Assembly (NCBI GenBank): GCA_963805945.1
Contig: CAWDVP010000002.1
Location: forward strand, 320,001 to 384,000
Origin: Vulcanimicrobiota bacterium
GTDB lineage: Bacteria; Vulcanimicrobiota; Vulcanimicrobiia; Eremiobacterales; Eremiobacteraceae
Reading direction: 5' to 3'
DNA length: 64,000 nucleotides
Below the pieces are notes generated by a model. That model was given only the letters and a program-made list of their open reading frames with translations. It made no database searches and was not told the origin of the DNA. Position 1 is the first letter of the stretch, and every line of letters starts with the position of its first letter. The position numbers and the translations under genes are program-made. This document shows, piece after piece, positions 25,941 through 37,087 of the stretch.

Positions 25941-26658
25941 TTGAGTGAAGGCCTCTCCCGCCGCAAATCGCTCCACGTCTTAGGCGCGCGCCTCGGCCTG
26001 AAGCGCTGCGCCGAGGGCGACTGCGTACTGCTCGATGCCGCGCTCACCCACGACTCCTACGTCCACGAGAAACGGCGCACCGCCTCGTCCAACGAACGCC
26101 TTGAATTCCTCGGCGACGCGGTGGTCGGTCTGGCGACTTCAGCCTGGCTGTACGAACGCTTCCCCGACGAGGACGAAGGACAGCTGTCGCGCCGCGCGGC
26201 AGGCGCTCGTGTCACGGGCGGCGCTGGCGGCGACCGCGACACGCCTCGAACTTGCGCCGCTCCTGCGGCTCGGCAAAGGCGAGGCCGCGGGGCACGGCGA
26301 GCGCCGGCCCTCGATCCTGGCGAGCGCCTTCGAAGCGGTGGCCGGAGCGGCGCTGATCGGCGAGGGCTACGCCGCCGCGGCGCGATTCGTCGAGCGCGTG
26401 CACTTGGCGCACGTCGCTCCCGCGGCGGCGCTCGACGCGCGCACCGAACTGCAAGAGCTCGCCCAAGCGCGCTTCAAGAAAGCGCCGCCGTATGCGCTCA
26501 CGGGCGAGAGCGGTCCGGCGCATGCCCGCGTCTTCGGCGCGACGGTTTCGGTGGGCACGATAGTGGGAACCGGCAGCGGCGCGACGAAGAAAGAGGCCCA
26601 AGCGCGGGCCGCCGCCGAGGCGCTGCGCAGACTGAAGGGGATCCCACATCTACCTTAA
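25941..26658 (+). CDS. rnc: Ribonuclease III, frameshifted
   Basis: ALTHDS, NERLEFLGDAV, AFEAVAGA, dsRBD RTELQE..GSGATKKEAQ. Confidence 0.93.
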
Positions 26659-29600
26659 GAGTATCGATCTCTTCGGCTTCAAGACGTTCGCAGAGCGGAC
26701 GCGCCTCCTCTTCGAACCAGGCATCTCCGCCATCGTCGGTCCGAACGGTTCGGGCAAGTCGAACCTCGTCGACGCGGTCCGCTGGACGCTGGGCGAGCAG
26801 AGCGCCAAGCAGCTGCGCGGCGGCCGCATGGACGACGTCATCTTCGCCGGCAACAACCGCCGCAGGGCGGTCGGCATGTCAGAGGTCACGCTCACCTTCG
26901 ACAACAGCGACGGCATGCTGCCGGCGCCGTTCGCCGAGATCGCGGTGACGCGGCGCGTCTACCGCAACGGCGAAGGCGAGTACTTCCTCAACAAATCGCA
27001 GGTCCGGCTGCGCGACATCATGGATCTGCTGCTCGGCACCGGCCTCGGCCCCGACGCGTCGGCGATCATCTCGCAAGGCGAGATCGACGCCATGCTTTCG
27101 GCCAAGCCGATCGCGCGCCGCGAGGTGTTCGAAGAGGTCGCCGGCACGAGCAAATATCAGGCGCGCAAGCACGAGGCGCAGCGCCGGCTCGAGCAGACAG
27201 ACGCCAACGCGCTGCGCGTCAACGACTTGGTGGTCGAACTCGATCGCCAGGTGCCGGCCATCGAACAGCAAGTGCGCCGCGCGCGGCGGTATCAGAAAGT
27301 CGTCCAGCGCTTGCGCGATCTCGAGATCCTCTCGTTCGTGCGCAACACGGGCAACCGGCGCGCCGAACGGGAGCAGCTCGCGCTGACGCTCGGCGCGGAG
27401 GAGACGCAGCGCGCCGCCGGCGACGCGGCGCGCGCGAAGCTGGAAGCCGAGGTCAGCGCAGGCCGCTACGAAGAGTATCAGGCGACCCTTGCCCTCGACG
27501 AACGCACCACGGGCCGATCGCAGGCGGCGACCGCCGTGTCGCACGCCGCGGCGGCGCTCGCCACCGCACAGGCGCGCTTCGACGAAGCCGGCCGGCGCCA
27601 CGAGTCGGTCGAACGCACGATAGACGCGGCTGCGTTGGAGATCGCCCGTGCCGAGGCGCGCGTGGCCGAACTCGTCAATCTGCTCGCCGAGACGCGCGCG
27701 CTGCGCGACGAGGCGATGCACGAAGTCGAACGGCGCGCCGCGGCCGAACGCAGCGCGGCCGGCGAGTGGGAACGCGCCTACGGCGTGCTGCGATCGCTGG
27801 AGGATCGCCGCGCGACCGCCGCTGCCGCCGCGGCGGAGATCGAGGCGACCGCCCAGGCGCACCTCACGCACAAGGAGCGGCTCGCCGCGTCGGCCGCGCG
27901 TCTCGACGAAGAGCTGGCGTCGCGCGCAGACGCGCCTGGCCGGCGAGCAGCGCCGCAGCGAAGAGCTCACCTCGACGCCAGGCCGACCTCGAACGCGCTG
28001 TAGAGCGCGCCAAAACCGCCGCCGCCGCCGCCCATGAGGCGCGCGCGAACGCCGCAGCGGCGTTGGAAGCGGCACGCGACGACCTCGAACGAACGCGCGC
28101 AGCAGCGGTGGAGACCGCCGCGCGCGTCACCGCGCTGAGCGAGATCGACGCCTCAGGTCAAGGTCTGCCGCGTGCGGTCTCGATCCGTGCTCGACGCCCA
28201 CAAGGCGCGTTCGCTCAACGGCATACTCGGCGAAGTCGCCGCACCTGGTGGAGACGGACGCGGCGTACGCGCACGCCATCGACGTCGCGCTCGGCCCGCA
28301 TGCGCACGCGATCGTCACGCGGACCAGCGCCGATGCGCACGCCGCCATCGAGCATCTCAAGCGCACCGGCGCGCGGCCGCGCCACGTTCCTCGCGCTCGA
28401 GGCGGTGCGCCAGCAAGAATTGCCGCTGCTCGTGGACGTCGCACAACGCGAAGGCGTCGTCGGGCTCGCCCGCGACCTGGTGCGCTGCGCGGACGCGGTG
28501 CGCCCCGCCATCGAATACGCGCTCGCCGGCGTCGTCGTCGCCGATTCGCTACGCACCGCCCAGCGGCTCGCACGGGAGTTCTCGCACGCGACCGTGGTGA
28601 CGCTCGCGGGCGAAGTCGCGCGCGATGCGGCGATCACCGGCGGCAGCCGCGAGCGACGACAAGGCCCGCTGGCGCGGCGCGTCGCCATCGCCGATCTGCA
28701 GCGCAAGCTCGTAGGCGCGCAAGCCGCCGCCGCCGCCAGCGATGCCGCGCTCGCGCGCAGCCGCGAGGCGCACGCACATGCAGGCGACGCGGCCGAGGAG
28801 GCGGCGCGCGCGCAGAGCGAGGCGCTCGCGCGCAAGCAGGACGTGCTCGTCGGCCTCGAGCGCAGCGCGGGCGAAGCGGCCGGCTTGACGCGGCAGATCG
28901 CGTCGCTCACGGTGGAGCGCGACGCCGCCCACCTCTCGCTCGAGAAGATTGCCGCCGAATGGCGGACGCACGATGAACGGACCACGAAGGCGCGCGCGGC
29001 CGTCGAGGCGCTTGAAAAGGAGCTGCGCGAGGCCGCGGCGGTGAGCGACGCGCTTCAAGCGTCGCTGCGCGAGCTGCGCGAGCAGCATCGGACCGCGGCG
29101 CAAGAGGCCGCGGCGCTCGTCGAGCGCGTCGCCCAGACAGGCGATGACGTGGAGCAGGCGCGCGCCGCGGTCGTCGAGCGCCGCACGGTGCACGCGACCC
29201 GGCTGCGCGAAGCCGCGGACATCAAAGAAGAGCGCGAACGTGCGGACGCCGAGCTCGCGACGGCGCGCGAGCGTCGCGCGGTCGTGGATGCCGCGCTGCT
29301 GGAGATCGAGCACGCGAGCGAGGCGCTCGTGGCGCGCCGCGACGAGCTCATGACATCGGTCCGCGAGACCGAGGAGCGGCTGGCCGCACAGGTCGCACAG
29401 ATGCAGGAGCGTTCGCTCGAACTGGAGCGCACCCGCATCCGCCTCGCCGAGATCGACGCCGAGATGTCGGTGCTGCAGCAGACCTTCGCCCAGAATCCCG
29501 CCACGCCGCAGGAATGCGACGACGTCGCCGCGCGCTACGCCGCCTACCAGGACGACGCGGACGCGGACATCCGCAAGCTGCGCGACGAGCTCGCGCGGCT

Positions 29601-30204
29601 CGGCGGCGTCAACCTCAACGCGCTCGAGGACCAGAGCGCGCTGCTCGAACGGCGCGATTTCCTGCGCAAACAGCTCGACGACCTCGAAGGCGCGCGCCGC
29701 AGCATCCTCGCGGTCATCGCCGAGATCGACGCGGAATCGGTGCGCCAGTTCAACGCGGTCTTCGAGAAGGTCGCGGTCGCGTTCTCCGAGATGTTCGGCA
29801 GGCTGTTCGCGGGCGGCGTCGGCAAGATGTGGCTCACCGCCTCCGACGATCCGGCGCAGGCCGGGGTCGAGATCGCGGCCCAGCCGCCGGGCAAGAAGAT
29901 GCAGAGCCTCAACGCGCTCTCAGGCGGCGAACGCGCGCTCACCGCGGTCGCGCTCATCTTCGCGATCGTGAGCGTGCGCCCGAGCCCGTTCTACGTCTTC
30001 GACGAGATCGACGCGGCGCTCGACGAGGCGAACATCGGACGCTTCGGCACGGTGCTCACCGAATTCGCCAACCGCGCGCAGATCATCATCATCACCCACA
30101 ACAAGGCGACGATGACGCTCGCCGACCGGATCTACGGCGTCACCATGGGGGAGCCAGGAGTGTCCAATCTCCTCTCGCTGGCGCTGGAGCAGGTGGGTGC
30201 CTAG
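26648..30204 (+). CDS. smc: Chromosome segregation protein SMC, frameshifted; apparent ATC start
   Basis: (I)YLKSIDLFGFKTF, GPNGSGKSN, hinge ATFLAL..VVTLAGE, LSGGE, FDEIDAALD. Confidence 0.93.
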
Positions 30205-31772
30205 CGCCGCGAACGCGGCGGCCCTCCTCTCGCTTTCAGACCGCACCGGACTGGAGCCGCTTGCGCGCGCGCTCGCCGCACATGGCTATCGGCTGGTCGC
30301 CACGACCGGCACCGCGGCGGCGATCCGCGCGCTCGGGCTGGCCTGTGAGGAGGTCGGCGATATCACCGGCTACCCGCCGCTGCTCGACGGACGCGTCAAG
30401 ACGCTGCACCCCAAGATCATGGCGGGCGTGCTGGCGGACGAGAACGACCCGACGCACGCGGCCGATCTGCACGCGCACGACATCGCGGCGTTCAAAGTGG
30501 TCGCGGTGAACCTCTATCCGTTCGAGCGCGCCGTCGCGGCGGCCGGCGCGACCGAGCGCGACGCGATCGAGCACATCGACATCGGCGGCGTGACGCTCGT
30601 GCGCGCCGCGGCGAAGAACTACGGCAGCGTGAGCGTGCTCATGGACGCGTCGAGCTTCGAGGCGTTCACCGAGGCGCTCGAGCGCGGCGGGCCTAGCGTC
30701 GAAGAGCGGCGCCGCTGGGCGGCGACGGCGTTCGCGCGCTGCGAGCAATACGACGCGGCGATCGCGCGCTACTTCGCCGGCAGCGACGGCGCCGATGCGC
30801 TGCCCGACACGCTGCACGTCGACCTGCCGCTCGCGAGCCGGCTGCGCTACGGCGAGAATCCGTGGGCGCGCGCCGCGTTCTACGTCGGCGGCACGGTGGC
30901 GTTCCCGCGCCAGCTCTCGGGCAAGACGCTTGTCGTACAACAACCTGCTCGACGTCGACTCGTGCCTGCGGCTGCTCGCGCCGCTCGAAGAGCCGCGCGG
31001 TTTCCCGGCGTCGGCGCGTTCGTCGCGGCGCGCCGTGGCCGCCATCGTGAAGCACACCGTGCCGTGCGGCCTGGCGGCGCGCGGCAGCGCCGCCGAAGCG
31101 CTCGCCGCGGCGCTCGGCGCGGATCCGATCTCGGCGTTCGGCGGCATCGTCGCGTGCAACGCGCCGATCGACGAAGCGGCGGCGGCGCTGCTGCAGCCGC
31201 GCTTCTTGGAAGTGGTGGCCGCGCCCGAGTTCGCGCCGGCCGCGCTCGCGCTGCTGCAGAAGAAGAAGAACCTGCGCTTGCTGACGTTCGAGCGCGATCT
31301 GCCGACGCGCTTGCTGACGACCGCCAAGGTGCGTTCGGCGCTCGGCGGCGTGCTCGTCGAATATCCTGATCCGGAGGCGCAGCCCGATGAATGGCGCGTC
31401 GTCGGCGCCAAACGGCCGACCGACGCGCAATGGCGCGACCTGCTCTTCGGCTTCAACGCCGTGCGCCACGTCAAATCGAACGCGGCGGTGGTCATCGCCG
31501 ACGAGGTGACGCTCGGCGTGTGCGGCGGGCAGACGAACCGGGTCGCGGCGGTCGAGCTCGCCTGTCAGCGCGCGGGCGCAGCCGTCAAAGGCGCGGTGCT
31601 CGCGACCGACGGCTTCTTCCCGTTCGCCGACGGCATCGAAGCCGCGGCGCGCGCCGGCATCGCGGCCGTCGTGGCGCCGAGCGGCTCGATCCGCGACGCC
31701 GAAGTGGAAGCGGCGGCCGCCGCGGCGGGCGTCGCGCTCGTGTTCACGTCCCGTCGCTACTTCTTACACTAG
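30197..31772 (+). CDS. purH: Bifunctional AICAR transformylase/IMP cyclohydrolase, frameshifted
   Basis: GRVKTLHP, IDIGG, LRYGENP, LSYNN, KHTVPCG, HVKSNA, DGFFPF. Confidence 0.95.
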
Positions 31773-31781
31773 GCGCGGGTG

Positions 31782-32117
31782 CTACGCCGCCGTCACCGTC
31801 ACCGCGCTGCCGTAGCAGAGCACTTCGGTGACGCCGGGAGCGATCTCGGTCGCGTCGTAGCGCACCATGATGACGCCGTTCGCGCCCAGCATGTCGGCGT
31901 GTTTGATCATGAGCTCGTACGCGTCGATCCGCACCTTCTCGCACAGCTCCGTGTAGAGCGTGATGTTGCCGCCCACCAGCTGCTGCAGCCCGGCCCCGAT
32001 GTTGCCGAAGACGCTTCGCGAGCGCACGACGATGCCGCGCACCAGCCCGAAGTTCTTCGCGACCTTGTAGCCCGGCAGTTCCAGCGCCGTGGTGACCAGC
32101 GAATGATCGAAAGCCAT
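31782..32117 (-). CDS. YbjQ family protein
   Basis: GLVRGIVVRSRS, GANGVIMVRYD, EVLCYGSAV; SD AGGAGG. Confidence 0.9.
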   Translation of the reverse strand: MAFDHSLVTTALELPGYKVAKNFGLVRGIVVRSRSVFGNIGAGLQQLVGGNITLYTELCEKVRIDAYELMIKHADMLGANGVIMVRYDATEIAPGVTEVLCYGSAVTVTAA

Positions 32118-32199
32118 GGTACCTCCTTGGAGCCCCGCGCGTGGGGGTGGGGCCGCTTCCATGAGGTCTGACCGCTACCTTCTGTAGAAGAGGACGAGC

Positions 32200-32670
32200 A
32201 TGCTTGAAGCCGATTCGATAGCGCCTTCGATCCCCGTGCCCGACCAGACCGGGACGCCGCGCAGCATCGACGAGTTCCGCGGCGCATGGCTGGTGCTGTG
32301 GTTCTATCCGAAAGACCACACGAGCGGCTGAACGAGCGAGGCGTCGCAGTTCCGCGATGCATACGCGCAGTTCACCGCCGCGGGCGCGCAGCTCGTCGGC
32401 GTGAGCCGCGATTCTGTGCAGTCCCACGAGTCGTTCCGCCGCGAGCTGTCGCTGCCGTTCCCGCTGCTCGCCGATACCGAGGAGAAGCTATGCCGCGCGT
32501 ACGGCGTACTCGTCGAACGCGTCAATGAGGCGGGCGTGAAGTCCATGGGGCTCCAACGCTCGACGTTCCTCATCGATCCGCATGGCGTCATCCGCATGGT
32601 GTGGCCGAAGGTGACGGTGCTTGGACACGTCGCCGAGGTGCTCGCCGCGCTCACGGCGCTGCAGGCATGA
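32200..32670 (+). CDS. bcp: Peroxiredoxin BCP/PrxQ with in-frame UGA (putative selenocysteine) at the peroxidatic position
   Basis: MLEAD...LVLWFYPKDHTSG-TGA(32329-31)-TSEASQFRD...GVSRD..SH..F..LPFPLLAD..RSTFLID; the frame is continuous across the TGA. Confidence 0.85.
32341..32360 (+). promoter_or_regulatory. Putative bacterial SECIS hairpin
   Basis: GCGTCGC-AGTTCC-GCGATGC stem-loop starting 10 nt after the UGA. Confidence 0.6.
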
Positions 32671-33235
32671 CCGACGCGCCGCGGATGACGTAGCGCAGCT
32701 CGCCGTCTCGCATCGTCGCCTCGAGGATGCCTGTGACGCGGACGGAAGCACCGGCGCGCGCGGCCGTCGCGCGCGTTTGCTCGACATCGAAGCCCACCGA
32801 CACCGCGTCAGCGGCGCAACACGTCATGACCCGCCGCGACACCGTCGCGGGGCGCTGCCCCTCGCGCGGCGTCCACGCGCCCGTGACCGTGACGGCGCGC
32901 TCGAGCATGGCCGTCGGATCTCTGTCGAGCGCATCGAGCAGCGCGAATAGATCGCCCGCGTGCGAGCCGCCCGGCGAGCGCGTGATCACAGGCGCGGGCA
33001 GCGGCGCCTTTGGGAGGATGAGGGCAAGTGCAAGTCCGGCCGCCACCGCGGGAAGCGACATAGTGCCGGAGCGCAGCTCGGGTCGTGGGCTTCCGATCGC
33101 CGAGACGACAAGGCACACGAAGCCGAAAATGGCAACCACGACGCGCGGCATCGCGACGAGCGATCCCGTCGCGTCGATCGCGGCGGCGCCGAGCGCCATA
33201 CCGCCGATGAACGGTGCGACGAAGCGGATGCTCAT
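32651..33235 (-). CDS. DUF1980/TIGR03943 (YcgQ-like) membrane protein
   Basis: VSRRVMTCCAADAVSVG motif; coupled to the upstream permease. Confidence 0.75.
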   Translation of the reverse strand: MSIRFVAPFIGGMALGAAAIDATGSLVAMPRVVVAIFGFVCLVVSAIGSPRPELRSGTMSLPAVAAGLALALILPKAPLPAPVITRSPGGSHAGDLFALLDALDRDPTAMLERAVTVTGAWTPREGQRPATVSRRVMTCCAADAVSVGFDVEQTRATAARAGASVRVTGILEATMRDGELRYVIRGASVMPAAP

Positions 33236-34077
33236 CGCGCGGCGAGCGCGGCCACCGCACAGCCCACGGCGCCGGCGCACGCGCCGAACCACGCGCGCTT
33301 AGCGCCGAAGTGTCTGCGCAGCAGCGACAACTGGCGCACATCCAAGCACTGGCCGGCGATCACGAACGCCGCCTGCGCCGACGCAGAGCCGGTGACGATC
33401 CTCGCGAGGATCGCGTCGGCGGTGGAGCACGGGGAGAGGATGGCGCCGGCGGCGGCGGCGAGCAGCGGTTGGTGCACGCGCACGGCGTGTCCGAAGCACG
33501 TCGCGAAGATCGCACTCGCGATGGCTGCGGGGACGAGCGCCCGCAACCCGGTCTCGAGATGCGACGCGATCTCGCACAGAGCGGCGCCGATCTTCGGTCG
33601 AATGGATTCGATCGCTCCATCCTGCGGGTCGCCACGCCACAAGAGCGCGATCGTGCACGCGGCGACGGCCGCGCCCGCCATGCGGGCGGCGAAGACGTGC
33701 GGACCGAGCACGAGCCAGGTGGCGGCCAGCGCGATCGGATTGCACGCGGCGCCCCACGTCAGCGCGACGCCCGCCAGCCAGCGCGGACAGCGCGCGAGCG
33801 CGGCCGCAAAGCTGTTCATGCTGCAATCGCAGCCGGGCGCGCACATCGCGACGGCGGCCGGTAGCCAGCGCTGCGCGCTGCGGATCCGCTCGAGACTGCA
33901 CCAGGCGGCGACCGCGCCGCAGGCGACGAACGGCCCAGCCTCGAGCATGATAGAAGATGCATAGACGAACGCGCGCCGCGCGTCCGGCAGCCAACGCGCC
34001 GCCTCGAGCTGGTGCGGCGTGAAGAACACGGCCGCGAGGAGCGCGCTTCCCGCGATGAAGAAGGCTGCGCGTCTCAC
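33232..34077 (-). CDS. ArsP_1/DUF318 (YcgR-like) permease
   Basis: IMLEAGPF, PGCDCS, CNPIAL, LSPCSTADA. Confidence 0.75.
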   Translation of the reverse strand: MRRAAFFIAGSALLAAVFFTPHQLEAARWLPDARRAFVYASSIMLEAGPFVACGAVAAWCSLERIRSAQRWLPAAVAMCAPGCDCSMNSFAAALARCPRWLAGVALTWGAACNPIALAATWLVLGPHVFAARMAGAAVAACTIALLWRGDPQDGAIESIRPKIGAALCEIASHLETGLRALVPAAIASAIFATCFGHAVRVHQPLLAAAAGAILSPCSTADAILARIVTGSASAQAAFVIAGQCLDVRQLSLLRRHFGAKRAWFGACAGAVGCAVAALAAR

Positions 34078-34150
34078 ATGAATGCCACGGTTCCATGCCC
34101 TGCGACGCAAAAGGAGGGTTGCCGGGGGCCGTTCACCTATCGAACCCGGT

Positions 34151-35422
34151 GTGAAGCATGCCGCCGCGCCTCGCGGCACTTTTGACGTACTTCCCTCCGA
34201 ATCGCGCCGTTGGCAAGCCCTTGAACGCCGCATCGACGAGCTGTGCTCCCGTTTCGGCTACGCGGAGATCCGCACGCCTATGTTCGAGAGCACCGACGTG
34301 TTCGTGCGGCCGCTGGGCGAGACGAGCGACGTCGTCGATAAGGAGATGTACACGTTCGAGGATCGCGGCGGCCGCAGCATCACGCTGCGTCCGGAATTCA
34401 CCGCGCCGGTCGTGCGCGCAGCGATCGAGCACAACCTGCTGCAGACGCTGCCGCTCAAGCTGTACTATCGCGGTCCGGTCTTCCGTTACGAGCGGCCGCA
34501 GAAGGGCCGCTATCGGCAATCGCATCAATGGGGCGTCGAGTGCTTCGGCGTCGCCGAGCCCGAAGCGGACGCCGAGATCATCGCGATCGGCGTGGCGATA
34601 CTGGACGCCGTCGGCGTGCGCGACCACGAACTGCTGATCAACTCGATGGGCTGCGAGACATGCCGCACCGAGTATCGCGACGCGCTCGTCGCGTATCTTC
34701 ATGCGCGCAAGGACGACCTCAGCGAGGTGAGCCGCGAACGGCTCGAGCGGAATCCGTTGCGCATCCTCGATTCGAAGGACGAGGCGGATCGCCGGGTGCT
34801 CGAAAGCGCGCCCACGATCGACGCGTTCTGGTGCGACGCATGCCGCGCGCATCTCGCAGGCGTACGCGAACTGCTCGACGCGATGGGCATCACGAGCCGG
34901 CTCGATCCGAAGATCGTGCGCGGCTTCGATTACTACACGCGCACCGTCTTCGAATTCACCTCGACCGCCTTGGGTTCGCAAAACGCCATCTGCGGCGGCG
35001 GCCGCTACGACGGCCTGGTGCGATCGATGGGCGGGCCCGCGACGCCCGGCGTCGGTCTCGCGATGGGGATGGAACGCCTGCTCATGCTGGTGGCGACGGC
35101 CGGCAGCAGCGCGCTCGACGACACGCCGCCGCTGGACGTCGCCTTCGTGGCGATCGAGGCGCAAGACGTGCGCGCAATCGTGCCCGTCATGCACGCGCTG
35201 CGCACGCGCGGCATCGCCGCAGACATGGACTACACGCGCCGCAAGCTCGAAAAGCAGATCCGCGCTGCGGGCGAGCGGGGCGCCCGGTTCGCCGTGATCG
35301 TCGGGGGCGATGAGCGCGCGGCCGGCGAAGCGACCATTCAGGACCTCAACACGCGCGAGCGCGAACGCGTCGCGCTTGCAGACGTCGCCGAGGCGGTCGC
35401 CCGCCGCGTGCGCACCTCATAG
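34151..35422 (+). CDS. hisS: Histidine--tRNA ligase
   Basis: PRGTFD, KEMYTF, LRPEFTAP, YERPQKGRYRQ, VRGFDYY, GGGRYD. Confidence 0.97.
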   Translation: MKHAAAPRGTFDVLPSESRRWQALERRIDELCSRFGYAEIRTPMFESTDVFVRPLGETSDVVDKEMYTFEDRGGRSITLRPEFTAPVVRAAIEHNLLQTLPLKLYYRGPVFRYERPQKGRYRQSHQWGVECFGVAEPEADAEIIAIGVAILDAVGVRDHELLINSMGCETCRTEYRDALVAYLHARKDDLSEVSRERLERNPLRILDSKDEADRRVLESAPTIDAFWCDACRAHLAGVRELLDAMGITSRLDPKIVRGFDYYTRTVFEFTSTALGSQNAICGGGRYDGLVRSMGGPATPGVGLAMGMERLLMLVATAGSSALDDTPPLDVAFVAIEAQDVRAIVPVMHALRTRGIAADMDYTRRKLEKQIRAAGERGARFAVIVGGDERAAGEATIQDLNTRERERVALADVAEAVARRVRTS

Positions 35423-35433
35423 ACGGAGCGCGA

Positions 35434-35901
35434 ATGGATCTGGACAAGAAGATCCTCGACCAACTCGTCGAGCTGATGCAGCGCGACGGGCTCGACCGCC
35501 TGCGCGTGCGCGTCGGCGACCTCGATCTCGACCTGCGCATGTCCGCGTCGGGTCGCGACGTCACGGCGACGGCGCACGCCGCCGCGCCGAGCGCGGGCGC
35601 TTCCGGCGGCGTCGCCGGCGCGAGCCACGAGCAAGCCGTCAAGAGCGAGCAGGCCCCGCCGAACGTCAAAAAAGTCCTCGCACCGCTCGTCGGCGTCTTC
35701 TATCGCGCGCCGGCGCCGAACGCCGCGCCGTTCGTCGAGCTCGGCGCCACGGTGAGCGAAGGGCAGGTTTTGTGCATCCTGGAAGCGATGAAATTGATGA
35801 ATGAGATCGTGAGCGAAGTGGACGGCAAGATCGTCAAGGTCTGCGCCAAAGACGCCGAGCTGACCGCGCTCCATCAGGAGCTGTTTTGGATCGAGACGTG
35901 A
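35434..35901 (+). CDS. accB: Acetyl-CoA carboxylase biotin carboxyl carrier protein
   Basis: APLVGVFYRAP, EAMKLMNEI. Confidence 0.95.
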   Translation: MDLDKKILDQLVELMQRDGLDRLRVRVGDLDLDLRMSASGRDVTATAHAAAPSAGASGGVAGASHEQAVKSEQAPPNVKKVLAPLVGVFYRAPAPNAAPFVELGATVSEGQVLCILEAMKLMNEIVSEVDGKIVKVCAKDAELTALHQELFWIET

Positions 35902-36482
35902 CGGCCGCGCCGGCGCGCGTCAAACGCTTCGCCGACTGCATGGCCGAGCGCGCAGACCTGTGGCAAGGCGCGGACTATGCCGCCGCAGTGGAGCGCGCCG
36001 TGGACGCGATCGTCACCTGCCTGCGCGCCGACGGCAGGGTGTTCTTCTTCGGCAACGGGGGCAGCGCCGCGCAGGCGCAGCACCTCGCCGCCGAGCTGAC
36101 GGGCCGCTTCGCGCTCGAACGCCCCGCGTATGCGGGCATCGCGCTCACGACGGACACGTCGGCGCTCACCGCCATCGCCAACGATTACGGGTACGAGCGC
36201 GTCTTCGCGCGCCAGCTCGAGGGCCTCGCGCGCCGCGGTGACGTCGCCGTCGGCATCTCCACGTCGGGCGGTTCGGCCAACGTCGTCGAGGGGCTCAAAG
36301 CCGCGCGCGCGCGGGGCTGCACGACCGTCGCGCTGTCCGGCAACGGCGGCGGCGCGGTCGTCGCGCTGGCGGATATCGCGATCGTCGGCCCGCGCGGACC
36401 GTCGTGGAAAGTGCAAGAAGTGCACTTCGCGCTCGGCCACATCATCTGCGAGCTGGCGGAGCTCGAGCTCGCCCGGTCATGA
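35898..36482 (+). CDS. gmhA: D-sedoheptulose-7-phosphate isomerase
   Basis: GNGGSAAQAQH, TAIANDYGY, GISTSG, VQEVH. Confidence 0.95.
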   Translation: MTAAPARVKRFADCMAERADLWQGADYAAAVERAVDAIVTCLRADGRVFFFGNGGSAAQAQHLAAELTGRFALERPAYAGIALTTDTSALTAIANDYGYERVFARQLEGLARRGDVAVGISTSGGSANVVEGLKAARARGCTTVALSGNGGGAVVALADIAIVGPRGPSWKVQEVHFALGHIICELAELELARS

Positions 36483-37087
36483 CGTCCGCGGACGGCGGCG
36501 CGGGGACGAGCCGCATGCGCCGCAGCGCCGCATTCGTGGATCGCGACGGCACGCTCAACGTCGACACCGGCTATCTCAAGACGCCCGATGAGGTCGTGCT
36601 GATCCCCGGCGCCGCCGCGGGCGTCCGCGCGCTCGCGCACGCGGGCTTCGCGGTCGTGGTGGTGTCGAATCAATCCGGCATCGGGCGCGGCTACCTCACG
36701 GAGGCCGACGCCGATCGGGTCGACGCGCGCGTGCGCGAACTGCTCGCGCGCGAAGGCGCGCCGCTCACCGCCATGTACCGCTGCCCTCATCTGCCGGACG
36801 CCGGTTGTGACTGCCGCAAACCGAAGCCGGGCATGCTGACGCGCGCGGCGGCCGAACTCGGTCTCGACCTGCGCGCGTCGTGGATGATCGGCGACAAGGC
36901 GGCTGACATGGCCGCGGGCCGTGCCGCCGGCTGCCGCTGCGTGAGCGTGCCCGGCGCGCCGGCGCATCAGCCGCCGGAAGATCTTTCGGCCGCCCCGCCG
37001 GAGTATCGCGCGGCCGATCTGGCGGACGCCGCGCGCTTCGTCATCGCGCATGCAGGCGCGGTGCGGCCGGCGGAGAGCGCGCGATGA
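36479..37087 (+). CDS. gmhB: Heptose-1,7-bisphosphate phosphatase
   Basis: [33 protein letters not shown]. Confidence 0.93.
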   Translation: MTSADGGAGTSRMRRSAAFVDRDGTLNVDTGYLKTPDEVVLIPGAAAGVRALAHAGFAVVVVSNQSGIGRGYLTEADADRVDARVRELLAREGAPLTAMYRCPHLPDAGCDCRKPKPGMLTRAAAELGLDLRASWMIGDKAADMAAGRAAGCRCVSVPGAPAHQPPEDLSAAPPEYRAADLADAARFVIAHAGAVRPAESAR

